Source: an uncultured Clostridia bacterium | Lineage (GTDB): Bacteria > Bacillota > Clostridia > TANB77 > CAG-508 | DNA: 64,000 bases | Direction: 5' to 3' | Assembly (NCBI GenBank): GCA_944387525.1 | Contig: CALXFF010000002.1 | Coordinates: 8,954 to 72,953, forward strand | In this document: positions 18,627 to 28,824 of the stretch, in pieces | How positions within the stretch are numbered: position 1 is the first letter of the stretch | Layout of the letters: each line of letters starts with the position of its first letter | Position numbers and translations under genes: made by a program | The notes under the pieces: generated by a model | The model's database searches: none | The model's input: the letters and a program-made list of their open reading frames with translations, nothing else | What the model was told of the DNA's origin: nothing

Positions 18627-20027
18627 TTACAAATTATTCACTAATTTTTTAAACTGTTCTCCCCTATCTGCAAAGTTTTTGAACATATCAAAACTTGCAC
18701 TAGCAGGTGAAAATAATACAATCTGTCCTTTAGTTGCGTGCTTCTTTGCTAATTGTACAGTTTCCTCTAAAGAATTACACATATATATATCAAGTTCTTT
18801 ATTTTGATTTTCCAATTCACTTTTTACTGCATCAAAAATTTTTCCAGAAGTTTGACCTAATAATATCAAAGTCTTTACTTTTTCAACTATTGGCTTTGCA
18901 ATCGGAGTATAATCTAAATTTTTGTCATAACCTCCTGCAATTAATACAATATCTTCTGTAAATGATTTTAAACCTGCAATTGTTCTTGTTGGTGAAGAAC
19001 TTACAGAATCATTATACCATTTAACTCCATCAATTTCCCTTACAAGCTCTAACCTATGTTCTACTGGTTTAAACTCTTTGACAGCTTCACCTGCATCTTC
19101 TATATCTACTAATGTACTTGTCGCAGCTATTGCAGTTGCTATATTCTCATAATTATGCTCTCCTCTTAAAATAACATCATGTGTATCCAAAATATGTTTT
19201 CTTACTCTATCTTCACATTCTTTTATAATTCCATTGTCAACAATAAATCCATTGTCTAATTTTTCTTTCCCACTGAAAAAGATTACTTTTCCCGGCACTT
19301 CTTTTTCGCAACTTCTTGTAATTTCATTATCATAGTTTAATACTGTTATTCCATTTTCAGATTGATATTTAAATATGTTTTTCTTTGCTTCTATATATTC
19401 TTCATAATCTTTATGAATATTTAAATGATTTGGTGTTATATTAGTTATAACTGCAATGTCTGGACTAACTTCCATTCCCATTAATTGAAAACTACTTAAC
19501 TCTAACACTAAAACATCTTCTGGTTTCATTTCTGGTAATTTAGTAAATAATGGTGTTCCAATATTTCCTCCTAAAAATGTTTTGTAACCAGCTTTTTGCA
19601 AAATGTTATTTATTAAACTCGTTGTTGTTGTTTTTCCATCACTACCAGTAACTCCAATCATTTTACATGGACACATTTTCATTAGCATTTCAATTTCTGA
19701 TGTTACAATTGCTCCTCTATTTTCTTCTTGGACTAATTCTGGTTTAGTAGGCAAACAACTTGGTGAACGGAAAATTATATCAAAATTTTTTAAATATTTT
19801 AAACAATCTTTTCCAATTATAAGTTCAAATCCATAATTGCTTATTTTTTCTAGTGCTTCTTTGCTTAATTTTTCCCTTTCTCTTTCATCAAATACTGTTA
19901 CTCTTGCTTTTTTTTCAAACATGTAATCTAGTAATGGTAAATTACTTACTCCTAATCCTATTATGGCTACTTTTCTAAATCTTATGTATTCATTGAATTC
20001 TTTTAATTTTTCATTTTCAAAATCCAT
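18627..20027 (-). CDS. murD: UDP-N-acetylmuramoylalanine--D-glutamate ligase
   Basis: Mur ligase motif GVTGSDGKTTTTSLI. 466 aa. Confidence 0.9.
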   Translation of the reverse strand: MDFENEKLKEFNEYIRFRKVAIIGLGVSNLPLLDYMFEKKARVTVFDEREREKLSKEALEKISNYGFELIIGKDCLKYLKNFDIIFRSPSCLPTKPELVQEENRGAIVTSEIEMLMKMCPCKMIGVTGSDGKTTTTSLINNILQKAGYKTFLGGNIGTPLFTKLPEMKPEDVLVLELSSFQLMGMEVSPDIAVITNITPNHLNIHKDYEEYIEAKKNIFKYQSENGITVLNYDNEITRSCEKEVPGKVIFFSGKEKLDNGFIVDNGIIKECEDRVRKHILDTHDVILRGEHNYENIATAIAATSTLVDIEDAGEAVKEFKPVEHRLELVREIDGVKWYNDSVSSSPTRTIAGLKSFTEDIVLIAGGYDKNLDYTPIAKPIVEKVKTLILLGQTSGKIFDAVKSELENQNKELDIYMCNSLEETVQLAKKHATKGQIVLFSPASASFDMFKNFADRGEQFKKLVNNL

Positions 20028-20191
20028 TTTTGCCTCCTAATATATATTATGTTTTATATAATATTTAATACATATTTTCTAATTTTTACCCATTATATAT
20101 CAAATGCTTTAAAAATACAAATTAATTTTTATGTATATTTTTTTGCTTTTTAGAAAATAATATTATTGAAACTTGAATGGAGGTGCTTTTC

Positions 20192-20296
20192 ATGTCAAAG
20201 AAAAATAAAGAAAATAAGTCAAATAACAATAACAAAAACAATCAAAACAATAACAACAACGAAAGACAAAACAACAATAATAATAACAATAGATAG
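20192..20296 (+). CDS. Asn-rich micro-ORF (34 aa: MSKKNKENKSNNNNKNNQNNNNNERQNNNNNNR)
   Basis: Strong RBS (GGAGGTG, 8-nt spacer), its own downstream terminator. Not in the ORF track (too short). Confidence 0.35.
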   Translation: MSKKNKENKSNNNNKNNQNNNNNERQNNNNNNNR

Positions 20297-20318
20297 TTTA
20301 AACTTGTTATAATTTGTT

Positions 20319-20353
20319 CAAAAGACTAGAAATATTAATATCTCTAGTCTTTT
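20319..20353. terminator. Bidirectional terminator (AAAAGACTAGA ... TCTAGTCTTTT)
   Basis: 11-bp stem with flanking A/T runs. Serves the micro-ORF (+) and hydA (-). Confidence 0.7.
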
Positions 20354-20374
20354 GAATTTTTGAAAAATATACTT

Positions 20375-22132
20375 CTAATCTTCTAAATGATATTTTTCTC
20401 TTTTCCTATAATTTGTATGTAACAACTTCTCTGCTCTATAGCTTCCAGGTTCTTCTAAATATTCTTCATAAATCTTTTTCAATACTGGGTTTTCGTGAGA
20501 TTTTCTAATTGTACTCTTTTCATCAATAGAGTAAATACTATCTGCCCTTAATTTTCTAACATCTACCTCTGAACGTGTTTTAGAGCTTTTAATTGGTTGA
20601 CCTCCACCCATGATACATCCTCCTGGGCATGCCATAATTTCTACAAATTGATAATCTGCTTTTCCAGATTTTATTTCATCTAATATTTTTCTTGCATTTG
20701 ATAATCCACTCGCAGCAACTACTTTTATAGGTTTTCCCGCAATTTCTATTGTAGCTTTTTTAATACCTTTTCCACCACGTACTTGTTCAAATTCTATCTT
20801 ATCTAAACTTTTTCCAGTTAGAGTATCTTGTGCAGTTCTTAAAGCTGCTTCCATTACTCCTCCTGTTGTTCCAAATATTGCTCCTGCTCCTGTTGCTTCT
20901 CCCATTGGTGCATCAAATTCACTATCTTCTAGTTTTGCAAATTCGATATTTGCCTGTTTAATCATACGAGAAAGTTCTCTTGTAGTAATTACATTATCTA
21001 CGTCCCAAAGTCCGTCATTTTGCATTTCTGGACGTTGTCGTTCAAATTTTTTAGCAATACATGGCATTACTGACACTGTATATATTTTTTCTGGATTTAT
21101 TCCCATTTTATTGGCATAATATGATTTTATTAATGCTCCAAACATTTGATGTGGTGATTTACAACTTGACAAATGTGGCAATAAGTCTGGTTCATATGAT
21201 TCAATATATTTAACCCAAGCAGGACAACAAGAAGTCATCATAGGAAGATTATCATTTTTCTTAAATCTTTTTACAAATTCATTAGCTTCTTCCATAATTG
21301 TAAAGTCTGCACCTGTATTTGTATCAAATACTTTGTCAAATCCAAGTCTTTTTAATGCAGTTACCATTTTTCCTGCTACATTTGTTCCAATAGGCATCTG
21401 GAATTCTTCACCTAATGCCACACGAACAGCAGGTGCTGTTTGAACAACTACATATGTATCTGGGTCTTTTAATTTTGCCCATACGTCATTTATCGATTCT
21501 TTTTCATGTAATGCTCCTGTTGGACAGGCTTCTATACATTGACCACAAAATGTACAATTTACATTATTTAGACTACAATCTCCAACTGTTGATATACATG
21601 ATTCAAATCCTCTATTTATTACATCAATTGCTCCTATATGTTGAACATTTTTACAAGCAGCAACACATCTTCTGCATAATATACATTTATTAAAATCTCT
21701 AACAATTGATGGTGATAAGTCATCTACTTTATGCTTTGTCATTTCTCCTGGAAATTCTACACTTAAAACATTGAATTTTGTTGCTAACATTTGAAGTTCG
21801 CAGTTTCCTGAACGTGTACATGTTAAGCAGTCTTTTGCATGGTTTGATATTATTAGGTCTAGTATAACATGTCTTGCTTCTAGTACATTTTGTGTATGTG
21901 TATGTACTACCATTCCTTCTTCTACTGTTTGTATACATGATGTTGCAAATCCTCTTCTTCCTTCAACTTCTACTATACACATTCTACAGTCTCCAACTTC
22001 GTTTATTTCTTTTAAAAAACATAGTGTTGGGATGTCTATTCCTGCTTGCTTTGCAGCTTCTAGTATTGTTGTGCCTTCTGGCACTTTTATTTTTTGGTTA
22101 TCTATTGTTAAATTAATCATTTTCTTTTCCAT
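20375..22132 (-). CDS. hydA: [FeFe]-hydrogenase catalytic subunit HydA (N-terminal 2Fe-2S + 4Fe-4S domains, H-cluster)
   Basis: H-cluster motifs TSCCPAW, MPCIAKK, EIMACPGGCIMGGGQP. N-terminal ferredoxin-like cysteines. Confidence 0.9.
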   Translation of the reverse strand: MEKKMINLTIDNQKIKVPEGTTILEAAKQAGIDIPTLCFLKEINEVGDCRMCIVEVEGRRGFATSCIQTVEEGMVVHTHTQNVLEARHVILDLIISNHAKDCLTCTRSGNCELQMLATKFNVLSVEFPGEMTKHKVDDLSPSIVRDFNKCILCRRCVAACKNVQHIGAIDVINRGFESCISTVGDCSLNNVNCTFCGQCIEACPTGALHEKESINDVWAKLKDPDTYVVVQTAPAVRVALGEEFQMPIGTNVAGKMVTALKRLGFDKVFDTNTGADFTIMEEANEFVKRFKKNDNLPMMTSCCPAWVKYIESYEPDLLPHLSSCKSPHQMFGALIKSYYANKMGINPEKIYTVSVMPCIAKKFERQRPEMQNDGLWDVDNVITTRELSRMIKQANIEFAKLEDSEFDAPMGEATGAGAIFGTTGGVMEAALRTAQDTLTGKSLDKIEFEQVRGGKGIKKATIEIAGKPIKVVAASGLSNARKILDEIKSGKADYQFVEIMACPGGCIMGGGQPIKSSKTRSEVDVRKLRADSIYSIDEKSTIRKSHENPVLKKIYEEYLEEPGSYRAEKLLHTNYRKREKYHLED

Positions 22133-22154
22133 ATTTACTCACATATTCCTTTCT

Positions 22155-22306
22155 GTGGTCACTTTGGGGACAGGTTCGGACTGACCATTTTTGGTTAGTT
22201 TAGGGACGCCACTTTATTAAAACGACTTTTATCCATTATTTAATTTTTGAGGTCCGTCCCTAAATCCCTGATTTTAGGGATTTTTAGGACCGTCCCCTAG
22301 TTCCCT
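22155..22306. repeat. GGGAC-family intergenic repeat, modules 1+2 (between hydB and hydA)
   Basis: Module 1 is tggtcactttggggacaggttcggactgaccatttttggttagtttagggacgccac. Module 2 is aggtccgtccctaaatccctgattttagggatttttaggaccgtcccctagttccct, a nested palindrome. The hydB stop codon lies inside module 2. Confidence 0.8.
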
Positions 22307-24177
22307 ATTGCATGGAATGGGCAACTTGCTATACATGTACCACACTTGATACATTTTTCTTGATTTATTATTCTTTTATCTCTTCCTGCTCCATCAATAG
22401 CATTTACTGGGCAATGTTTTTGACATAAGCCACAACCTTTACATTTTTCTTGGTCAATTGTTATTTTTGCCATTGCTTTACATTCTAATGTTTTACATTC
22501 TTTTTGAATAGCATGTTGTCTAAATTCTTCTCTAAAGTATTTTAATGTACTTACTACTGGGTTTGGTGCACTTTGACCAAGACCACATAAACTTGCTTTT
22601 TGGATATTTGCTGCCAATTTCTCTAATCTATATATGTCAAATTCTTCTCCTTCACCATTACATAATCTTTCAAGAATTTCTAACATTCTTTTTGTTCCTA
22701 TTCTACATGGTGTACACTTACCACAACTTTCACTTACTGTAAATTCTAAATAGAACTTAGCTAAACATACCATACATTTAGTGTCATCCATAACAATTAG
22801 TCCACCTGAACCCATCATAGAACCAATTGCTTTTAAGGATTCATAATCTATTGGTGTATCTAAATGTTCTTTTGGTATACACCCTCCTGATGGTCCTCCT
22901 GTTTGTGCAGCTTTAAAGTCTCTTCCATTTGGTATTCCTCCACCTATGTCATATACAATTTCTCTTAATGTTGTTCCCATTGGTACTTCTACAAGTCCTA
23001 TATTATTTACATTTCCACCTAATGCAAATACTTTTGTACCTTTTGAATTTGCAGTTCCTATTGATGAATACCAATCAGCACCTTTTAATATTATTTGTGC
23101 TATATTTGCATATGTTTCAACATTGTTTATTAATGTTGGTTTTCCCCATAAACCTGCTACTGCTGGATATGGTGGTTTAACTCTTGGTTGACCTCTTCTT
23201 CCTTCAATAGATTCAAGTAGTGCTGTTTCTTCTCCACATACAAACGCTCCTGCACCTAATCTTATTTCTATATCAAAATTAAAGTTTTTGCCAAAAATAT
23301 TTTTACCTAAAATCCCATAATCTCTTGCTTGGTCTATTGCTATTTGTAATCTTTGAACTGCAATTGGATATTCTGCTCTTACATAAATATATCCTTTATC
23401 TGCACCTATTGCATATGCTGCAATTGCCATAGCTTCTAAAACACTATGTGGATCACCTTCAAGAATACTTCTATCCATAAAAGCTCCCGGGTCACCTTCA
23501 TCAGCATTAGAAACAACATATTTTTGCTTTCCTTCTGAGGCCCTTGTTAGCTCCCACTTCTTACCTGTTGGGAAACCTGCTCCACCTCTACCTCTAAGTC
23601 CAGAATTTTTTATTGTTTCTATTACTTCTTCTGGTGTCATATCACTTAATACTTTCTCTAATGCTAAATATCCATCAAAAGCTATGTATTCATCTATATT
23701 TTCAGGATTTATTACACCACAATTCTTCAATGCAATTCTTTTTTGCTTTTTATAAAAATTCAAATCATCTAATCTATCAACCATCGTGCCATCTATATCT
23801 CTACACAAAAGCCTTTCAACTTTTCCACCCTTTACAATATGTGTATCAATAATCTCTTCGCAATCTTCTGGTGTAACCATTGCATAAAATGTATCTTCTG
23901 GACGTATTATTACAATTGGACCTTTTGCACATAAACCAAAACATCCTGTTTGTATAACACGTACATTATCTATACCTTTTTCTTCTAAAATTTCTCTAAA
24001 TCTTCTTAATATTTCAGGTGATTTAGATGATGTACAACCAGTTCCATGGCAGACTAATATATGTTTTTCTCTAGTATCTGCTTTAGTATTTACTCTTAAA
24101 TCTAATTCTTTTCTTTTTTCTTCTCTTATTTTGTGTATTTCCTTTAAAGATTTCATACTTTCCTCCTTTTGTCGCAT
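22297..24177 (-). CDS. hydB: NADH-binding flavoprotein subunit of bifurcating hydrogenase (NuoF-like, HydB)
   Basis: NuoF-type FMN/NADH and 4Fe-4S motifs, N-terminal thioredoxin-like 2Fe-2S, C-terminal 2x[4Fe-4S] ferredoxin. The true start is probably the second ATG (MKSLKEI, ~24156), which has RBS AAAGGAGGAAAGT. The first ATG lies inside the repeat element. Confidence 0.9.
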   Translation of the reverse strand: MRQKEESMKSLKEIHKIREEKRKELDLRVNTKADTREKHILVCHGTGCTSSKSPEILRRFREILEEKGIDNVRVIQTGCFGLCAKGPIVIIRPEDTFYAMVTPEDCEEIIDTHIVKGGKVERLLCRDIDGTMVDRLDDLNFYKKQKRIALKNCGVINPENIDEYIAFDGYLALEKVLSDMTPEEVIETIKNSGLRGRGGAGFPTGKKWELTRASEGKQKYVVSNADEGDPGAFMDRSILEGDPHSVLEAMAIAAYAIGADKGYIYVRAEYPIAVQRLQIAIDQARDYGILGKNIFGKNFNFDIEIRLGAGAFVCGEETALLESIEGRRGQPRVKPPYPAVAGLWGKPTLINNVETYANIAQIILKGADWYSSIGTANSKGTKVFALGGNVNNIGLVEVPMGTTLREIVYDIGGGIPNGRDFKAAQTGGPSGGCIPKEHLDTPIDYESLKAIGSMMGSGGLIVMDDTKCMVCLAKFYLEFTVSESCGKCTPCRIGTKRMLEILERLCNGEGEEFDIYRLEKLAANIQKASLCGLGQSAPNPVVSTLKYFREEFRQHAIQKECKTLECKAMAKITIDQEKCKGCGLCQKHCPVNAIDGAGRDKRIINQEKCIKCGTCIASCPFHAIGN

Positions 24178-24258
24178 TGGGGACGTTTCTCATGCGACAT
24201 TTTGTCCTTTTGGGGACGTTTCCGTTTGGACATTTTTGTCCATTCTGGGACACATCTA
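24171..24258. repeat. GGGAC-family repeat, module 4-like (gtcgcattggggacgtttctcatgcgac plus GTCC/GGAC mini-hairpins), between hydC and hydB
   Basis: Shares the gtcgcaNtggggacgtttctcatgcgacat arm with the 60898-60968 palindrome. Confidence 0.7.
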
Positions 24259-24300
24259 TTAACTTTTTATTTTTATGCTCTTCTCCTAGTTGGAAAAGAA

Positions 24301-24780
24301 TTATTCTTTCATTAATTTATCAAGAACCTCATCCAACTTCTTAACAGTAGCTTTTCCATACACTTCGCCATTAACAGTAAAAACCGGAGCTAAACCACAT
24401 GCACCAACACATCTAGTTTGATCAATTGAAAATTTACCGTCTTTTGTTGTTTCTCCTGGTTGAATGCATAATCTTTCAGTTAATCTATCCATAATTTTTT
24501 GAGAACCTTTAACAAAGCATGCTGTTCCTAAACATACTGATATACTATATTTTCCTTTTGGTTTTAGTGTAAATCTAGAATAAAAAGTAACTACTCCATA
24601 AATTTCTGCCATTGGAATTGATAAAAATTCTGATAAAACTTTTTGGGCTTCTTGTGGGATATATCCATAATGTTCTTGCACTTCATTTAACATTTGAATT
24701 AAATTATCTTTTTCTGGTTTGTATATATCACATAATTCTTTTAAAAATTTATCTTCTTCTTGCATATTTATTCCTCCCAT
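24301..24780 (-). CDS. hydC: NuoE-like 2Fe-2S thioredoxin-fold subunit of bifurcating hydrogenase (HydC)
   Basis: 159 aa, NuoE family cysteine pattern (CLGTAC...CVGAC). Confidence 0.85.
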   Translation of the reverse strand: MGGINMQEEDKFLKELCDIYKPEKDNLIQMLNEVQEHYGYIPQEAQKVLSEFLSIPMAEIYGVVTFYSRFTLKPKGKYSISVCLGTACFVKGSQKIMDRLTERLCIQPGETTKDGKFSIDQTRCVGACGLAPVFTVNGEVYGKATVKKLDEVLDKLMKE

Positions 24781-24902
24781 GATTAATATATATTAAATTG
24801 TTGTTTCAATTATATCAAATAGAATTTTTTTATACAACCGATTTTTTACAATTTTTGATTTTTTTCGTTAAATATTGTTACCGAATTAAGTTCTATAACT
24901 GC

Positions 24903-24946
24903 AAGAATAAATAAAACAGCTCCCTCAATATACTAAGTGCTGTTTT
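24903..24946 (-). terminator. Rho-independent terminator after pyrD (AAAACAGC...GCTGTTTT + T-run)
   Basis: Read directly on the minus strand. Confidence 0.6.
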
Positions 24947-24962
24947 ATATTCACTATTTTTT

Positions 24963-25871
24963 CTAATTCATCTGAACTTTACCAATAATATCATTAATAT
25001 CATCAATATTATGCTTTTTCATATACTCTTCAATACCAATAACAGTATTAACACTTGTATATGGGCTAATAAAATTCCCTGCACCAATTGAAATTGCAGT
25101 TGCACCTGCAAGCATAAACTCAATTGCATCATCACCATTTACGATACCACCCATTCCTAAAACCGGAATATTTACAGCTTGTGCAACTTGATATACCATT
25201 CTAACCGCTACTGGTTTTATTGCAGGACCTGAAAGTCCACCTGTATTATTTGCAAGAACTGGTTTTCTTGTATTAATATCAATTTTCATTCCTAACAAAG
25301 TATTAATAAGTGATACTCCATCTGCGCCACCATCTTCTACGCCTTTTGCAATTGATGCTATATCAGTAACATTTGGTGTTAATTTTACAATTAATGGTTT
25401 ATCTAAAACTTTTCTAACTTCACTCGTTACATGTTTTACACCTTCATATGTATTTCCAAAAGCCATACATCCTGCTTTTACATTAGGACAAGATAAATTA
25501 AGTTCTACTCCATCAATATCTAATGTATTTAATATTTTACACAATTCAACATATTCCTCTACTGTACTTCCACACGCATTAACTATAATTGCAGTATCAA
25601 ATTTTCTTAAAAATGGTAAATCATTTTCAGCAAAATATTCAACTCCTGGATTTTGAAGTCCTATACTATTTAACATTCCACTTGCTGTTTCACATACTCT
25701 TGTTGGTTTATTTCCGCTTCTAGGCTTTAATGAAGTACCTTTCGTAATAATTCCACCTAATTTACTCAAATCAAAAAACTCGCTAAATTCTCTTCCATAT
25801 CCAAAAGTCCCTGATGCAACAGTTACCGGATTCTTCATCTCAATTCCAGCTAAATTTATTTTTGTATTCAT
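24963..25871 (-). CDS. pyrD: Dihydroorotate dehydrogenase 1B catalytic subunit
   Basis: Class 1B DHODH motifs, 302 aa, paired with pyrK. Confidence 0.9.
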   Translation of the reverse strand: MNTKINLAGIEMKNPVTVASGTFGYGREFSEFFDLSKLGGIITKGTSLKPRSGNKPTRVCETASGMLNSIGLQNPGVEYFAENDLPFLRKFDTAIIVNACGSTVEEYVELCKILNTLDIDGVELNLSCPNVKAGCMAFGNTYEGVKHVTSEVRKVLDKPLIVKLTPNVTDIASIAKGVEDGGADGVSLINTLLGMKIDINTRKPVLANNTGGLSGPAIKPVAVRMVYQVAQAVNIPVLGMGGIVNGDDAIEFMLAGATAISIGAGNFISPYTSVNTVIGIEEYMKKHNIDDINDIIGKVQMN

Positions 25872-26423
25872 CTATTTTATTCCCTCCATTCCTTTTTGTT
25901 TTATTAATTTGACTTTATCATCTATATTAATATCAGAAATTTCCTCGATAAAATCTAATAATTTTTCTAATTTTATATATCTTGGCTCTCCTTCTTTGAC
26001 ATTCACATATTTATCAGTATATTTACTTAAAGTAACATTATATCTCTCAAGTATCTCTTTAAATAAATAATCATAATCCTCTCTAAGATTTCCTTTTGTC
26101 CTCTTCATTTCTTCAAATTCTTCATTAAAATGATTATTATAAAATTGATAATCTGTATATAAATGCAAAAAATACCCTTTCCAATAATCTTGATTTATAT
26201 CTACATTTTCGTCTTCTAGAAATTTATCAATATTAGTTTCAACATTACCATTTGACCATCTTCCGTAGTGTGAAGAATCTTTAAATTTTCTCTTATTTGT
26301 CATTTCTTCGTCCAAATCAGGTGCTACAGAGCCTTTTACAAATTCTTTAACATCCTTTATCTCGTCCGGATGCTTTTGGATATATCTATCCGCAATTATT
26401 TCATGTATTGCAACATGTGCCAT
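25872..26423 (-). CDS. Hypothetical protein inserted between pyrK and pyrD (possible zinc-dependent phospholipase C / P1-nuclease-like fold)
   Basis: 183 aa. The stop abuts the pyrD ATG (translational coupling). His-containing motifs AHVAIHE and HLYTDYQ. This gene is not normally part of pyr operons. Confidence 0.4.
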   Translation of the reverse strand: MAHVAIHEIIADRYIQKHPDEIKDVKEFVKGSVAPDLDEEMTNKRKFKDSSHYGRWSNGNVETNIDKFLEDENVDINQDYWKGYFLHLYTDYQFYNNHFNEEFEEMKRTKGNLREDYDYLFKEILERYNVTLSKYTDKYVNVKEGEPRYIKLEKLLDFIEEISDINIDDKVKLIKQKGMEGIK

Positions 26424-26449
26424 CTCTTTCTACTCCTATCTTTAATTAA

Positions 26450-27241
26450 TTAAATCTCTACATCTTTTGCGTTAAATACTGGTCCACCTTTACAAACATG
26501 CCAATATTCAGGTGCATCTTTTGGACTTTTAGCAGTTTTAACCGCACAACCTAAGCAAACACCCAAACCACATGCCATTTTTTCTTCTAATGATAATTGA
26601 CAATCAATATTATTTTCAACAGCATATTTTTGAACAGCTTTTAACATTGGTAATGGACCACAAGCATAAATACAATCATACTTTTCATTTGCCATGTCGT
26701 CCTTTAAATAATCAATAGCAAATCCTTTATTTTTATATGTTCCATCATCAGTTGTAATTATTAGCTTATCTGCAACTTCTTCAAACTCTTTTTCAAGCAT
26801 TACAAAATCCTTATTTCTAAATCCTAAATAACAATTTACTTTAACATTATTTTGCTTTGCTTGTTTAGATAATTCATACAAAGGGAAGATTCCTATTCCA
26901 CCACCTATAACTGCTATATTTTTATATTTATCAAACTTAAATGTTCCATGTCCTAACGGTCCTATTATATCAATATCATTTCCTTCTTGTTTTTTTGATA
27001 GTATCTCCGTTCCTTTTCCTTTAACTTGGAATATGAATTCTAATATTCCATTTTCTTTATCTAAGTTATATATACTTATTGGTCTTCTTAAAAATGGGTC
27101 AATTCCTTCTGTTACTCTTATTTCAATAAAATTTCCCGGTTTTGCACTCTCTACTATCTCTGGTGCTTTTACACTAAACTTGTAAATATTCTTAATAATT
27201 TCTTCTTTTTTAATTAATTTTGCATATACTTGTTTTGGCAT
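26450..27241 (-). CDS. pyrK: Dihydroorotate dehydrogenase electron-transfer subunit
   Basis: FAD-binding and C-terminal 2Fe-2S cysteines (CGLGVCLGCAV). Confidence 0.9.
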   Translation of the reverse strand: MPKQVYAKLIKKEEIIKNIYKFSVKAPEIVESAKPGNFIEIRVTEGIDPFLRRPISIYNLDKENGILEFIFQVKGKGTEILSKKQEGNDIDIIGPLGHGTFKFDKYKNIAVIGGGIGIFPLYELSKQAKQNNVKVNCYLGFRNKDFVMLEKEFEEVADKLIITTDDGTYKNKGFAIDYLKDDMANEKYDCIYACGPLPMLKAVQKYAVENNIDCQLSLEEKMACGLGVCLGCAVKTAKSPKDAPEYWHVCKGGPVFNAKDVEI

Positions 27242-27249
27242 TTTTATTA

Positions 27250-27395
27250 TCCTCCTTTTCTATGGTCAGTTTGGGGACAGGTTCGGACTGACCATTTTTG
27301 GTCACTTTAGGGACGCCACTTCTATTTTACTCAAAGGTCCGTCCCCTAATCCCTAAAAGCAGGGATTTTTAGGACCGTCCCCTAAATCCCTCCTA
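27250..27395. repeat. GGGAC-family repeat, modules 1+2 (between pyrF and pyrK)
   Basis: ctatggtcagtttggggacaggttcggactgaccatttttggtcactttagggacgccac ... aggtccgtcccctaatccctaaaagcagggatttttaggaccgtcccctaaatccct. The last 4 codons and stop of pyrF (GGI*) are encoded by the element end. Confidence 0.8.
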
Positions 27396-28299
27396 ACTCC
27401 TCTTTCATTCTTAATGCTTCTGCTCTTGTTGCTTTTGCATAATCCTTTTCTGCAAACTTATCTTTCCAAAGTTCTGATTTATATGCACACATCAAACTTC
27501 TTGATGCATTCACTATTCCTCCTAAGCCATTTTTGTCAAACCCTAATGCTATATCTTCAGCTTTACCACCTTGTGCTCCATATCCTGGTATTAAGAAATA
27601 TGTATGAGGTGCAATTTCTCTTATTTCTTTTAATTGTTTTGGGTATGTTGCTCCTACTACAGCTGCTATGCTACTATATCCATTTTCACCTCTTAAGTCT
27701 TTTCCCCATTCTTCAACTAATTTTGCGACTTTTACATATACTTCTTCTCCATTTTCTAATTTTACATCTTGTAATTCACCTGATGATGGATTTGATGTTT
27801 TTACTAATATAAATATTCCTTTGCCATATTTTTTACAATCCTCAATAAATGGTTTGACACAATCTGTTCCCATATATGGATTTACTGTTACAAAATCCAC
27901 ATCAAAAATACTTTCTTCCTTTTCTCCTATTTTAGTCTTACCTAAATATGCATTCGAATATCCTTGAGCAGTTGAACCAATATCTCCTCTTTTTATATCA
28001 GCTATTACAATCATTCCTTTTTGTTTTGCATATTTACATGTTTCTTCAAATGCTTTCATTCCTGGTATACCAAACATTTCATAAAAAGCTATCTGTGGCT
28101 TTACAGCTGGAATTACATCATATGTTTCATCTATCAAAGCCTTGTTATATTCTACAATTGCTTGTGATACACCTTCCAAAGTGTTTGGATATTTTTCTAA
28201 TAAACATTTTGGCAATAATTCGTATCTCGGGTCTAAACCTATTACTGTTGGATTATTTGTTTCTTTTATTTTATTTATTAATCTATCAATTGCATTCAC
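27382..28299 (-). CDS. pyrF: Orotidine 5'-phosphate decarboxylase (type 2, long form); GTG start
   Basis: 305 aa type-2 OMPdecase. RBS GAAGGAGGAAAT upstream of GTG. Confidence 0.85.
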   Translation of the reverse strand: MNAIDRLINKIKETNNPTVIGLDPRYELLPKCLLEKYPNTLEGVSQAIVEYNKALIDETYDVIPAVKPQIAFYEMFGIPGMKAFEETCKYAKQKGMIVIADIKRGDIGSTAQGYSNAYLGKTKIGEKEESIFDVDFVTVNPYMGTDCVKPFIEDCKKYGKGIFILVKTSNPSSGELQDVKLENGEEVYVKVAKLVEEWGKDLRGENGYSSIAAVVGATYPKQLKEIREIAPHTYFLIPGYGAQGGKAEDIALGFDKNGLGGIVNASRSLMCAYKSELWKDKFAEKDYAKATRAEALRMKEELGGI

Positions 28300-28321
28300 T
28301 TTTATTTCCTCCTTCTGAGTT

Positions 28322-28378
28322 CATGGGGGACAGGTCAAATCGTTTCATTTTGAAACGTTTTGGCACGTCCCTAATAGA
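28322..28378. repeat. GGGAC-family repeat, module 3 (catgggggacaggtcaaatcgtttcattttgaaacgttttggcacgtccctaatag)
   Basis: Overlaps the 3' end of the ArsC-family ORF. The same module occurs at 57998-58048. Confidence 0.75.
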
Positions 28379-28737
28379 CTCACCCATTCTTTTTCTTTAA
28401 AACCTACTAATATTACTTTATCAGTTATAACAAGTGGTCTTTTTACTAACATTCCATCTGTGGACAATATCTCTATTTTTTCTTCATCCGTCATATTTGG
28501 CAATTTTTCTTTTAAATTTAATTCTTTATATTTCATTCCGCTTGTATTAAAGAATTTTTTGATATCATATCCGCTTTGCTTTATCCATTTTCTTAATTCA
28601 TCCTTTTGGGGATTATTTTCTACTATATGTCTGTCGTCAAATTCAATATTATTTTGTTCTAACCATTTTTTTGCTTTTTGACAAGTAGAACATTTTGGAT
28701 ATTCAATAAATAATACTTTCATAATTTCTCCTCTCAA
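28345..28737 (-). CDS. ArsC/Spx-family protein (CxxC thioredoxin-like fold)
   Basis: KCSTCQKA motif near the N-terminus. It sits between pyrC and pyrF. The C-terminal ...LLGTCQNVSK is partly encoded by the repeat. Confidence 0.65.
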   Translation of the reverse strand: MRGEIMKVLFIEYPKCSTCQKAKKWLEQNNIEFDDRHIVENNPQKDELRKWIKQSGYDIKKFFNTSGMKYKELNLKEKLPNMTDEEKIEILSTDGMLVKRPLVITDKVILVGFKEKEWVSLLGTCQNVSK

Positions 28738-28768
28738 CCTTTATTATATTTGTTTATATATCACTTCT

Positions 28769-28824
28769 CTAAATAGGTCTGTCCCTTTTGCGTAATTTTT
28801 AAGCATTTTAGCATGTCCCTAAAT
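28769..28824. repeat. GGGAC-family repeat, module 5 (aggtctgtcccttttg ... tagcatgtccctaaat)
   Basis: Same arrangement as the 4341-4452 element. The pyrC C-terminus (LGTC*) is encoded by gcatgtccctaa. Confidence 0.7.

Noticed and set aside
24781-24962. Rex (TTGTGAA-N4-TTCACAA) operator upstream of the bifurcating hydrogenase operon
   Set aside because: Only weak half-site resemblance (TTGTTTCAATTA). Not convincing without a motif scan.
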